A DNA stretch of 63,839 nucleotides, counting the filler, from Myxococcota bacterium (GTDB taxonomy: Bacteria; Myxococcota; Myxococcia; Myxococcales; Myxococcaceae), in NCBI GenBank assembly GCA_049322255.1. It is 9 parts of 9 records of this genome, joined end to end, with 100 filler letters (N's around TTAATTAATTAA, not from the genome) between each part and the next. Parts side by side here need not be neighbours in the genome. Positions count along the whole stretch, not along the records: positions 14,969 to 22,169 come from JBMORE010000154.1; positions 22,270 to 29,436 come from JBMORE010000155.1; positions 29,537 to 36,608 come from JBMORE010000156.1; 6 more parts are not named here. One strand, given 5' to 3'. This document shows, one piece after another, positions 19,113 through 29,994 of the stretch. The notes beneath the pieces are model-generated. The model saw nothing but the letters and a program-made list of their open reading frames with translations, did no database searches and had not been told where the DNA came from. Made by a program: the position numbers and the translations under genes. Every line of letters starts with the position of its first letter. Position 1 is the first letter of the stretch.

Positions 19113-19406
19113 ACTGCCTCCCTTTGACCGATTCGCCATGACAGCCTTGCCCTGATCGGCGGCCCCCAACCAGGCGGGGTGGCACAAGAATGGTACGAAA
19201 ATCCCCGAGTTAATTCACCTCACGCTCGACCGGCCTGGAAGTGTTGCACCAAGCATGCCCTTCGCCCGCCGGCACGCCCAGGACGAGCAAGCTAGCCACC
19301 CCGTTGAGGAAAAGACCATATGGCCGCGGGAGCAGCTCCTGGTCCGACGCCAGACTGCGCAAGCCCCTGCGCAGAGGTGCGCGAAGGTTGAAGGCGCCCA
19401 CCCGAC

Positions 19407-20960
19407 GTGGTTAGTGGCCGTTTTGCCGTGGCGCGTTCTCCCCTAGAGCTTCTGTCGTTTCGACGCACCTTCGCGCTGCTCATCGTCTTGGTCGTTTTGC
19501 CGTCGGCCGGTCTGTCGGGGTTTGGCGTGTTGGCGATCATCAACGAGCGCGCCGCGGTGGAAAAACGCCTGGAGGCCGCCTGGGCGGGCAAGCTCGACGC
19601 CGTCTCCCAGCGGCTGACCGCACGCCTCTCCCAACTCACCGCACATCTGGAGGACGACCGGCTCACCTTCGCCACCGCCGAAGGCACCGAGGTGAGCGAC
19701 GTCTCGTTCACCGTCTCCGGCGGCGAGGTGCGAACCGCCGACCCGCGCCTTCGCCAGGCGTTGGCCGCCTTCGCCTCGGAGCTGACCCCGCTGGGCGAGC
19801 GACCGCTGTTCTTCTCCGTCGCGGGGGTGCAGGGCACCTACCTCATCGGAGCGCTCCGCCGGGGGGACACCACCTTCGGCGCCCGGCTGTCCCCCCCGGC
19901 GACCAAAGAGCTGCTCGCCTTGGCCGCACAGGGGCTGGTGACACGCGGAGAGGCGGTGTCCTTCCAGCTTCGGCCGGTCAAGCGCGAGGTGGCGGAAGGT
20001 TTTTTTGGCCGGCTCGCCTCCGGGGTCGCCGACGTGCGCGAAGCCGCGCTGGGGGGCCCGCGGGAGCTGTCGGGGAAGACGCTCGCTCCCCCGATGCAGG
20101 ACTTCCGCCTGGTGGCGCTGCCCTTGGGGGAAGACCCGGTGGCCCAGGCCTCGGCGCGAAACCGCACCCTGTACGGGGTGCTCCTGGGGGTGTTCTACGT
20201 CACCCTCGCCCTGGGGGTGGTGTACACCGGCCGCGCGCTGTACCGGGAGGCCAAGCTTTCCAAGCTGAAGACCGACTTCGTCTCCCTCATCAGCCACGAG
20301 CTGCGCACCCCGCTCACCTCCATTCGCATGTTCATCGAGACGCTCGCGCTGGGCAGGGTGAAGGACCCAGCCCAGACCAGCGAGGTCTTGAGCATGCTCT
20401 CCAAGGAGACCGAGCGGCTCTCGGACATGATCGAGCGCGTGCTCGACTGGGCGCGCATCGAGAGCGGGCGCAAGACTTACCATCGTCAGGTACAACCCGT
20501 GGAAGCGCTGGTGGAGGCCTCGCTCACCGCCTTTCGCGCCCAGCGCATGGGAGCGGAGGTCGACCTCTCGTACCACTTGCCGTCGGGGCTGCCCCAGGTG
20601 GAAATCGACCGCGACGCGGTGGCGGGGGCGCTGCTCAACCTTCTGCAGAACGCCTACAAGTACAGCGGGGAGAACAAACGCATCGAGGTGCGGGCGCGGC
20701 CGGAGGCGAGCGGGGTGGCGATCGAGGTGCACGACTTCGGCATCGGCATCGCCCCACGGGAGAAAAAGCGCATCTTCGAGCGGTTCTACCGGGTGGACGA
20801 GCTGCTCACCCGCCGCACCGAAGGGTCGGGCTTGGGGCTGTCGATCGCCAAGCGCATCGTCGAGGCGCACGGAGGAAAAATCTCGGTGAAGAGTGAGCTG
20901 GGCAAGGGGTCGACGTTCACCATCCACCTGCCGCGGGCCGTGGCAGAAGGCCGGGCGTGA
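19407..20960 (+). CDS. Membrane sensor histidine kinase
   Basis: Two TMs; [10 protein letters not shown]-box; NLLQNA, D.GIGI, FERFYR, GSGLGL boxes. Confidence 0.95.
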   Translation: MVSGRFAVARSPLELLSFRRTFALLIVLVVLPSAGLSGFGVLAIINERAAVEKRLEAAWAGKLDAVSQRLTARLSQLTAHLEDDRLTFATAEGTEVSDVSFTVSGGEVRTADPRLRQALAAFASELTPLGERPLFFSVAGVQGTYLIGALRRGDTTFGARLSPPATKELLALAAQGLVTRGEAVSFQLRPVKREVAEGFFGRLASGVADVREAALGGPRELSGKTLAPPMQDFRLVALPLGEDPVAQASARNRTLYGVLLGVFYVTLALGVVYTGRALYREAKLSKLKTDFVSLISHELRTPLTSIRMFIETLALGRVKDPAQTSEVLSMLSKETERLSDMIERVLDWARIESGRKTYHRQVQPVEALVEASLTAFRAQRMGAEVDLSYHLPSGLPQVEIDRDAVAGALLNLLQNAYKYSGENKRIEVRARPEASGVAIEVHDFGIGIAPREKKRIFERFYRVDELLTRRTEGSGLGLSIAKRIVEAHGGKISVKSELGKGSTFTIHLPRAVAEGRA

Positions 20961-21649
20961 TGAACGACCCTACCCGCATCTTGGTGGTGGAGGACGACCT
21001 CTCCATCCTCACCGGGTTGTCGATGAACTTGAAGTTCGAGGGGTACGAGGTCTTGCAGGCGCAAGACGGCCGCGCAGGGCTCCAGAAGGCCGTCGACGAG
21101 ACGCCCGACCTCATCATCCTCGACGTGATGCTGCCCCAACTGAACGGTTACGAGGTGCTCAAGGAGCTTCGCCGCCGCCGGCTGTCCACCCCGGTGGTGA
21201 TGCTCTCGGCCAAGGGCATGGAGGGCGACAAAATCACCGGTCTCGACCTGGGCGCCGACGACTACGTGGTCAAACCCTTCGGGCTGCAAGAGCTGCTCGC
21301 GCGCATCAAGGCCGTCTTGCGCCGCCATTACCGCAGCCAGGAGGCAGCCGGCTTCGCCGACGTCACCATCGACCTGGCCGCCAAGACGGTGACCCGCGCC
21401 GGCAAACCGGTGGACGTCACCGCCCAGGAATTCAAGCTGCTCGTCCACTTCCTCTCCCACCCCGGGCGCACCTTCACCCGCGACGAGCTGCTCTGTGGCG
21501 CGTGGGGTTACGCCTACGAAGGCACCGCGCGCACGGTGGACAACTTCGTGTCGCAGCTACGCCAAAAGCTCGAGCCCGACCCCGACAAGCCGCGCTTCTT
21601 CCTCACCGTGCGCGGGCTGGGCTACCGCTTCGTCCCCAAGCCCGAGTAG
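20957..21649 (+). CDS. OmpR-family response regulator
   Basis: [43 protein letters not shown]. Confidence 0.96.
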   Translation: MMNDPTRILVVEDDLSILTGLSMNLKFEGYEVLQAQDGRAGLQKAVDETPDLIILDVMLPQLNGYEVLKELRRRRLSTPVVMLSAKGMEGDKITGLDLGADDYVVKPFGLQELLARIKAVLRRHYRSQEAAGFADVTIDLAAKTVTRAGKPVDVTAQEFKLLVHFLSHPGRTFTRDELLCGAWGYAYEGTARTVDNFVSQLRQKLEPDPDKPRFFLTVRGLGYRFVPKPE

Positions 21650-21665
21650 CCGCCTTACACAGGCG

Positions 21666-22169
21666 CTAACCATTCATCTTGCGCTCGAGGTACTGCACGA
21701 ACGACTCGGGGAGGAAGAAGACGAGCTCGATGTCCCCCACTCGAATTCGGGCTCCGTCGCGAAGCTCCGCGCCCACCAGGGGCGAAAGCTTGGTGGCGCC
21801 CACCCAGGTTCCGTTCTTGCTCTCGGCGTCGACCACCTGCCACCCGCCGCTCTTGGCGTCCTTTTGGAAGTAGGCGTGGAACCGCGAGACGCTGTTGTCG
21901 GGAACCACCACGTCGTTGTTGTTGGTGCGCCCCAGGGTGACCCCCATGGCGAACGCGTTGGGGGTGGGGCTTTTCTTGAGCTCGAACACCAGCGGCTCCG
22001 CTGCCCGCGGCCGGTTCATGGTCGCGCCCGTCTCGGTGATGAGGATCAGGGCTTCCTTCGCTTCGAGCGCGGGCGTCTCCCATACGAGCACCGCCGTCTT
22101 CAGCTCGGCCAGCGCCTGAGCGCGGTTGATCAAGAACTTCCGCCCGTACTTGGAGAGCCCCTCACCCAT
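21666..22169 (-). CDS. FHA domain protein
   Basis: LGRTNNND, SVSRFHA, SKNGTWV motifs; ATG sits at the contig edge, so it may be truncated. Confidence 0.9.
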   Translation of the reverse strand: MGEGLSKYGRKFLINRAQALAELKTAVLVWETPALEAKEALILITETGATMNRPRAAEPLVFELKKSPTPNAFAMGVTLGRTNNNDVVVPDNSVSRFHAYFQKDAKSGGWQVVDAESKNGTWVGATKLSPLVGAELRDGARIRVGDIELVFFLPESFVQYLERKMNG

Positions 22170-22907
22170 NNNNNNNNNNNNNNNNNNNNNNNNNNNNNNN
22201 NNNNNNNNNNNNNTTAATTAATTAANNNNNNNNNNNNNNNNNNNNNNNNNNNNNNNNNNNNNNNNNNNNCCGCTCAGGGAAGCGAGCCCGTTACCGCGGC
22301 ATCCGGAAGAACCTCTTCGACCAACGACGACATGCCGCCCTCGTCAACCTTCGGGCCCTCGCCTCACTCGACCTAACCGGGTCAGCTCTCTAGCGTTGGT
22401 GCCGGTGGGTTACCCTTCGCAGAAGCTTCACAAGGGCCAAGGCGCCTGCGGCGGATGGGCTATGTTGAAGTCGTTGGTGAAGGCGCCGTTCGAGGAGCTC
22501 CAATAGGTTTGTCCAGCCGATCTCGTCCGTGAGCACCAGCCGGTGCTTCTCGTCGAACGGAATCGACGGTCGCTTTCGAATAGGGACGAGCGCGTAATGC
22601 GAAGTTGGGTCTGCCGGCCGGGGCTTCTCTTTTGCTAGCACTTGCTCTAAAGTAACAATCAAAGCTAAATATTTGCAACTCTCCTTGTATTATATGCAAG
22701 GATGCCGCGAACGCCGCCTCTGGGGTCGCCCTTGGAGAGAGACGGCGGGTGGTTGAGCAAGTGCTTCAAGAGCGAGGACTGTATTCGCGCGGCTGCGCGC
22801 TGGACCCGCCGGGAAGTCAAAGCTACGTCGAGAGGGTCGTCCATTTGATGCGATGCCGACGCCCGCTGGCGTCACGCCGGCGACCCTCAGCGAGGGTCAC
22901 CTTCGCT

Positions 22908-24665
22908 TCACTTGCGGCGTGGGTCACGCGATTTCTCGGCCATTGCCTTCAGGAGCTCGATGGCACTCTCCAGGGCTGGCCCCTTTTCGCCCTCGGCCTG
23001 AATCGCCAGGAGAATCACACCCGCAGCGGCCGTGATTACTTCCCAGTCGCCGCCTGGCGTTTTCGACTCCTCGAGCAGGTTGGCCCGGTCTTCGACCCGC
23101 ATGGCAAGGACAAGGCCGGCTTGAATCAGCAGGCTGGCCTCGGGATTTGTCGAGCTGAGGGCCTCTGCCTGTGCTTCCTCAATAACAGAGCGATCGAGGT
23201 CGCGAACGAGGTCCTCCCGGTTGCTCTCTGTCGGCTTGGTTCGCTTCAGCTGTCCCTCGGCCCTCTTCACAATTGGGAGAAGCGCCTTGGGCAGGCGGTA
23301 TGCCTTGTTGCGCCCAAACGCCACCAGGTACCGGGGAAAGAACTTACGCGCAGAGTAGTCACGCGCGAGAAGCGTCAGCTCTCGAGCATCGCCGCGCCCG
23401 GTGCCTTTCACATCGATGGCAAGGACTCGGGCCTTGGCCTCCTCGGATTTCAGCTCGCGGAGGAGTTGGTCACGATACACGACAATGTACTCGTGAGCTC
23501 GGATCGACTCGAACTGCTCATAGGGCGCGACTGGCAAACCGGCGACGAGTACTGCCGACGCGTCTGGTGCTTCTTGACGCCGAGGTGTTCCAAGCTGGCC
23601 ACTGGAGTTGTCGCCCCAACATTGAATCTCTCCCGACGAGTTGACCGCGCACGCATGCATCGCACCGGCGGCAAGGTGCACGATTCCTCGAAGCTGGGGG
23701 ACGATCATTTTCGTCCAACCGCCCCAACAGCTCACTCTGGCGTCCTTTGTCAGCGCGCAGGAGAATCCATTCCCCAGGGCGAGTTGCGTGACGTCACGGA
23801 CACCCACGACTGTCACAGGCGGACTCTTCTCGCCAACCAGGTTGCCTACGGGGCGCCCAGAGAGGAGTCCCTTGGGGTTGTTCCAACCCCAACACTGCAC
23901 AGTCCCGTCCTGGAGCACCGCGCAGGTATGGCTCAGACCAGCGGCAACAGAGGTGGCGTTGTGCACGCCCTTCACTAGGGTCGGCGGGTTCGAGTACTCC
24001 GGAAGAGATGGTTCCCCCATTTCACCACGCCCGTTACCTCCCCAGCACCAGACGGTGCCGTCCTTCTTGCGGCCGCAACTGAAATTCCACCCCGCTGCGA
24101 CTTCGACGAAATCGCGCGCTCCATCGACCTCGATCGGCTCCGCGGAGCTCGGCTTGTCGGTTTTCCGCCCCAACTGGCCATACACGTTGTCGCCCCAGCA
24201 CATGACGCGACCGTCGACCAAGACCGCACAGCCGTGGCGCTGGCCCATCGACACCTGCTTGACCGACTTGAGATTGGGGATTGGCACCGGCCTGGAAGAG
24301 CGAGGCATATCGGTACGACCGAGCTGTCCCTCTGCGTTGGAACCCCAGCAGGAGACCTCGCCGTTCCTGCGGCGAGCACAGGCTGAACCTTCTTGGCCCG
24401 AGGTCAGCTCGACCGCGTCGTCTAAGCCTTCGAGAGGGAAAGGGGTGTTTCGCTCAATGTCCGGTGGGTTCAGGTCGCCCCAGCATGCCACCAGACCGTC
24501 GGACTGAAGGGCGCACGAGAAACCGCTGCCGCAAGCGACGGACGTGACCCTCGCCGCTCCTTCACCACGAGATGAAGGCTGAGCGTTGACCAATAGGGGC
24601 CATCCGAGGGCGATCAGCACGAAAAGTGGTCGGCCTGTTCCCAGCACATTGGAAGACCGGTTCAT
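22908..24665 (-). CDS. Secreted RCC1-repeat beta-propeller protein with unassigned C-terminal domain
   Basis: Seven C-A...G.V.CWG repeats, several with N..GQLG; signal peptide. Confidence 0.88.
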   Translation of the reverse strand: MNRSSNVLGTGRPLFVLIALGWPLLVNAQPSSRGEGAARVTSVACGSGFSCALQSDGLVACWGDLNPPDIERNTPFPLEGLDDAVELTSGQEGSACARRRNGEVSCWGSNAEGQLGRTDMPRSSRPVPIPNLKSVKQVSMGQRHGCAVLVDGRVMCWGDNVYGQLGRKTDKPSSAEPIEVDGARDFVEVAAGWNFSCGRKKDGTVWCWGGNGRGEMGEPSLPEYSNPPTLVKGVHNATSVAAGLSHTCAVLQDGTVQCWGWNNPKGLLSGRPVGNLVGEKSPPVTVVGVRDVTQLALGNGFSCALTKDARVSCWGGWTKMIVPQLRGIVHLAAGAMHACAVNSSGEIQCWGDNSSGQLGTPRRQEAPDASAVLVAGLPVAPYEQFESIRAHEYIVVYRDQLLRELKSEEAKARVLAIDVKGTGRGDARELTLLARDYSARKFFPRYLVAFGRNKAYRLPKALLPIVKRAEGQLKRTKPTESNREDLVRDLDRSVIEEAQAEALSSTNPEASLLIQAGLVLAMRVEDRANLLEESKTPGGDWEVITAAAGVILLAIQAEGEKGPALESAIELLKAMAEKSRDPRRK

Positions 24666-24727
24666 CCGCTCTCCATGGAAGCTCTTGCAGTCTCATGTCT
24701 CGGGACCGGCATTGGTTACGGCCTGCG

Positions 24728-25897
24728 TCAGTCACCCGTGCCGGTGTCGCGTGGCACCGCGGTGAGCGCAGGCGCCGGTTCGGGCGGCAGGACTTTCAGA
24801 CGGGCGAAGTCGAAGCACGCCACCGCGATGGCGGCGATGGGAACAGCAAAGAGCGCCCCCACCAGGCCGAAGGTGCGTTCGCCGGCGATGAGGGCGAAGG
24901 CCACGATGATCGGGTGAATGCGCGCCGCGCTCCCCATGATTTTCGGGTTGAGCACGTACGCCTCCAACGCGTGAATGCCGATGATCCACCCCAGCGCGCC
25001 CAAGCCGGTCTGCCAGCTCTGCGACAGCCCGATGGCCACGATGGGCACCGAGCTGATGATGCTCCCGAAGATGGGGATGAGGGAGAGAACCGTGGCCACC
25101 GTGGCGAGCAGGAAGGCGAACTTCACCTCGAAGAGCGCCAGCCCCACGAAGGTGAGCACCCCGTTCACCAGACAGATGACCACCTGCCCGCGCACCACCC
25201 CGGCCAGGGAGCGGTCGATGCGCCCCAAGAGCTTCATCACGTCGCCTGCGTACTCGGGGGGAATCAGGCTCCTGGCGTAGGCGCCGATCTTCTGGGCGTC
25301 GATCGACATGTACGCCGCGACCATCAACACGAAAAAGAGCATGAAGACGCCGGCGAGCACGCCTCCCACCACGCGCCTCGAGACGTTGACGATGTCTCCG
25401 AAGTTATCGCGCGCCAGCCGTCCGATGCGCTCCACCGCGTCGCTGATCAGCGCCTGCAAGTCCACCGAGAGGGTGTGGTCCCCTCCCAGCCCGTGCAGAC
25501 CCACCGGGAGCCCGCGTGCGGCCAGCCACTCCTCGGCACGCAAGGACATCTCCTCGATGCGCTGGGGAGTGAGCGAGTTGGCGTACTCCACCGTTTCGCG
25601 GCTGATCCGTGCCAGCTCGCCGTAGAGCTTGGGTACCAGGGCGAGGATCGCCAGATACACCACGAGGAAGAACGCCGCGTAGATGGTCAAGATGGCTGCC
25701 CACCGGGGCACCTGGCGCCCCTTCACGCGCACGGCGGCGATGCGCCCGACCAGGGGGGCGACGACGTAGGCGATGATGGCCGCCGCCGCGAAGAAGAGGA
25801 CTACCGAGCGGAAGGCGAACAACACCCCGACGATCGACAACCATAGAGCGCCGAGCACGATCAAACGGCGGCGCGGCAAAAGACCTTCGCTGCTCAT
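24728..25897 (-). CDS. AI-2E (PerM/TqsA) family transporter
   Basis: AYVVAPLV, VRGQ, LIPIFG, LNPKIMG...IHP, FG.VGALFAVP motifs. Confidence 0.93.
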   Translation of the reverse strand: MSSEGLLPRRRLIVLGALWLSIVGVLFAFRSVVLFFAAAAIIAYVVAPLVGRIAAVRVKGRQVPRWAAILTIYAAFFLVVYLAILALVPKLYGELARISRETVEYANSLTPQRIEEMSLRAEEWLAARGLPVGLHGLGGDHTLSVDLQALISDAVERIGRLARDNFGDIVNVSRRVVGGVLAGVFMLFFVLMVAAYMSIDAQKIGAYARSLIPPEYAGDVMKLLGRIDRSLAGVVRGQVVICLVNGVLTFVGLALFEVKFAFLLATVATVLSLIPIFGSIISSVPIVAIGLSQSWQTGLGALGWIIGIHALEAYVLNPKIMGSAARIHPIIVAFALIAGERTFGLVGALFAVPIAAIAVACFDFARLKVLPPEPAPALTAVPRDTGTGD

Positions 25898-26116
25898 CGC
25901 GCGCTCCTATGGCAGGTTTGCACGGCCCCCTCAAGGTCGACCGCGCGTGCCTGAGTGCCAAGCGAAAAGCCCTTTTGCCAGACGGACGACGAGACAGGCG
26001 TCTGACGTTGACACGCTACCTTAGGGATCCCTAAGGTCCGCGCGCTTTTGAATAGGGCCTGCGGCGCGCCGTGGGTCAGCTTCGAGAAACACCAACCCAA
26101 CAAGGAGCAGCACTCT

Positions 26117-26803
26117 ATGAAGCTCAATGCATTCAGCGCGGTGGTTGCCTCTCTCGTCGCGAGCGCGGCCTTTGCCGGCGGCAGCGTCACCGGCACCGTC
26201 GCCTACACCGGGGCTCCCCCCAAGGCCGAGAAGCTCAACCGCAAGTCCGACGCGGTGTGCGCCAAGAAGGACTTCAACGACCCCACCGTCACCCTGTCGA
26301 AAGACGGCAAGGCGCTCGCCAACGTGCTGGTGCGCGTCACCAACGCTCCTGCCGCCAAGCCTCCCGCCGAGCCGGTGGTCGTCGACCAACACGAGTGCAT
26401 GTACACCCCCCGCGTGCAGGGGGCGGTGGAGGGGCAGAAGATCACCATCAAGAACAGCGACGGCACGCTGCACAACGTGCACGCCTACGCGGGCACCAAG
26501 ACGCTCTTCAACCAGGCGCAGCCGCCCAAGTCCAAGGAGCTGCAGAAGGACGCCAAGGGCGGCGACGTCATCAAGTTCAAGTGTGACGTGCACCCGTGGA
26601 TGACCGGGTACGTGGTGGTCAACAAGAGCGGCTTCTTCGCCACCACCGGGGAGGACGGCAAGTTCGAAATCAAGGACGTGCCGCCGGGCAAGTACACCGT
26701 CGAGGCCTGGCACGAGAAGCTGGGCACCCAGAAGGCGGAGATCACCGTCGAGGAGGGCAAGCCCGTCGAGGCCAAGTTCTCCTTCAGCGACAAGAAGTCC
26801 TAA
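26117..26803 (+). CDS. Secreted cupredoxin-like / carboxypeptidase-regulatory-like domain protein
   Basis: AAGGAG SD; signal peptide; DQHECMYTP, NSD..LHNVH, KCDVHPWM motifs. Confidence 0.8.
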   Translation: MKLNAFSAVVASLVASAAFAGGSVTGTVAYTGAPPKAEKLNRKSDAVCAKKDFNDPTVTLSKDGKALANVLVRVTNAPAAKPPAEPVVVDQHECMYTPRVQGAVEGQKITIKNSDGTLHNVHAYAGTKTLFNQAQPPKSKELQKDAKGGDVIKFKCDVHPWMTGYVVVNKSGFFATTGEDGKFEIKDVPPGKYTVEAWHEKLGTQKAEITVEEGKPVEAKFSFSDKKS

Positions 26804-26847
26804 TCGGCCGGTCCAGGCTGGTCGATTGGCCAGTGCTTGATGTGCAC

Positions 26848-26881
26848 GCGGCCCTCCGTTATGCGGGGGGCCGCTTTTTTT
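26848..26881 (+). terminator. Intrinsic terminator
   Basis: GCGGCCCTCCG-TTATG-CGGGGGGCCGC followed by T7. Confidence 0.85.
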
Positions 26882-26895
26882 CGCTCCCTTTGACC

Positions 26896-27782
26896 ATGAG
26901 CCACGTGGACGCTTCTTCCAAGAGCACGGCGCTGGCCGACCTGCTCTCGCTGGTCAAGCCGCGCCTCTCGGCGTTGGTGCTGTGCACCACCGCGGGCGGC
27001 ATCTGGCTCGCCGGGCGTCCGATGGCGCTTTCGCAGTGGCTCTTGGCGCTGCTGGGTACCGCGGGCACGGTGGCGGCGGCCAACGCGCTCAACTGTTACC
27101 TCGAGCGCGACACCGATCGCTTCATGGCGCGCACCAGAAACCGGCCGTTGCCGGCGGGCCGCATGGAACCGGCGGTGGCGCTGTGGTTCGGGCTGTCCTT
27201 GGCCGCGCTGTCTTTGCCGGCGCTCTTCTTCGGGGTGAACCCGCTCACCGCGCTCTTGGCGCTGGTGGCGCTCTGTTCGTACGTGCTCGTCTACACTCCG
27301 CTCAAGGCGCGTAGCCACCACGCGATGCTGGTGGGGGCGGTGCCGGGGGCCTTGCCGCCGCTCATCGGGTGGACGGCCGCCACGGGGGAAGTCGAGCTGC
27401 CGGGCGTCGCCCTCTTCGGCATCCTCTTCCTCTGGCAGCTGCCGCACTTCATCGCCATCGCCCTCTTCCGCAAGGAGGAGTACCGGCAGGCGGGCCTCAA
27501 GTCGGTGCCGTTGGAGAAGGGTGACGACGCCTCGCGCGTTCAGGTGCTCGTGTACCTGGTGCTCCTGTTGCCGGTGACCCTGTTGCCTTACCTGCTCGGG
27601 GTGAGCGGGCCTTTGTACCTCGCTTCTGCGCTCGTCTTGGGCGGGCTCTTCCTCGCTGTGGGCGCGTGGGGAACCTTCCGGCGTCTGGGGCCGGCGTGGG
27701 CCCGGCAGCTGTTCTTCGTCTCACTCGTTCATCTGGCCGGCTTGTTCGCGGCGTTGATGATCGACGGCGGTGCGCGCACGTG

Positions 27783-27783
<1 letters not shown>
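26896..27783 (+). CDS. cyoE: Protoheme IX farnesyltransferase (haem O synthase)
   Basis: LVKPR, N...ERDTD..MARTRNRPLPAGR, YTPLK, GAVPGALPPLIGW, LWQLPHF, EY..AG. Confidence 0.96.
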
Positions 27784-28789
<1,006 letters not shown>

Positions 28790-28793
<4 letters not shown>

Positions 28794-29436
28794 GGGGCGT
28801 GCCCTCGCGAAGTCTCATCCGACTCAGCTGGGCGACGGTGCGCGTCTTGTGGGGCCGCGACGTGGTGCGCTTCTTTCGCCAGCGAAGCCGGGTGGTGGGC
28901 GCGTTGGCGCAGCCGATCATCTTCTGGCTGGTGCTGGGGGCGGGTTTTTCGGGCTCGTTTCGCGCGCCCGGTGTTCCCGAGGGGCACTCGTACCTCGAGT
29001 ACTTCTTCCCCGGGGTGGTGACGATGGTGCTGCTTTTCTCGGCCATCTTCGCCACCATCACCGTCATCGAGGACCGGCGCGAGGGTTTCCTCCAGGCGGT
29101 GCTGGCCGGGCCGGGGTCACGCTTTTCGTTGGTGCTGGGCAAGGCGCTGGGGGCCTCCACCGTCGCCCTTTTGCAGGCGGGGCTGTTCCTCTTCTTCGCA
29201 CCCTTCGCCGGAGTGCGCTTCGCCGACGTCGACGTGCTCCAACTCGCCTCGGTGATGGTCTTGGCGGCGCTTTCGCTCACCGGCCTGGGCTTCACCTTGG
29301 CCTGGTGGCTCAACTCCTCGACCGGCTACCACGCAGTGATGAGCGTCTTGCTCATTCCCATGTGGGTGCTCTCGGGAGCGATGTTCCCACTGGCGGGAGC
29401 GCACCCCATCGTGGCGGCGGTGATGAAGGCGAACCC
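28790..29436 (+). CDS. ABC-2 type permease (3' truncated)
   Basis: RDVVRFFRQRSR, YLEYFFPG, IEDRREGFL, LSGAMFP; runs into the gap. Confidence 0.92.
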
Positions 29437-29607
29437 NNNNNNNNNNNNNNNNNNNNNNNNNNNNNNNNNNNNNNNNNNNNTTAATTAATTAANNNNNNNN
29501 NNNNNNNNNNNNNNNNNNNNNNNNNNNNNNNNNNNNGGTTGCACTGCCGTTCAATTGGCGGCCGAGGGCGAAAAAACGAAAGACCGCCTCCAAGATGACT
29601 GGATGAA

Positions 29608-29657
29608 TGAATCGGAAGTTTCTGCTGAGCAGTTGAATCGGAAGTTTCCCCTGAGCA
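29608..29657. repeat. Tandem 24-bp direct repeat (26-bp period)
   Basis: TGAATCGGAAGTTTCTGCTGAGCA / TGAATCGGAAGTTTCCCCTGAGCA. Confidence 0.75.
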
Positions 29658-29709
29658 TCGACACGCTGGCGGGTGCAGCCTTGACGCTGTCGGCGCCCGC
29701 GCGTACAAG

Positions 29710-29940
29710 CGGTTTCGCCTTTGGGTGCCCAAGGAGGGCGTCGAAAAGGGAAGCCGGTGAGAATCCGGCGCGGTCGCGCCACTGTGACCGGACGGCTCCG
29801 ACGGAACGGAGCGCAACAGCCTTCGGTGGTCGCCACTCCGCGAAAGTGTGCGGGGGAAGGTGGAAGGCGGGTGTCGGCCAACGCGCATGGGCGCGGAAGG
29901 CGGCCGAGTCCGGCGAGCCAGGAGACCTGCCCGAAGGTGC
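29710..29940 (+). promoter_or_regulatory. Cobalamin riboswitch
   Basis: GGTGC...AAAAGGGAAGCCGGTGAGAATCCGGCGCGGTCGCGCCACTGTG, GCCACT...GGGAAGG, B12 box GAGCCAGGAGACCTGCC; upstream of a TonB receptor. Confidence 0.95.
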
Positions 29941-29994
29941 GGCGCCACGCCGCGCGGTGCCTTCTCTCTTCGCGCAAGAGAGCGGAAGGCGGGC

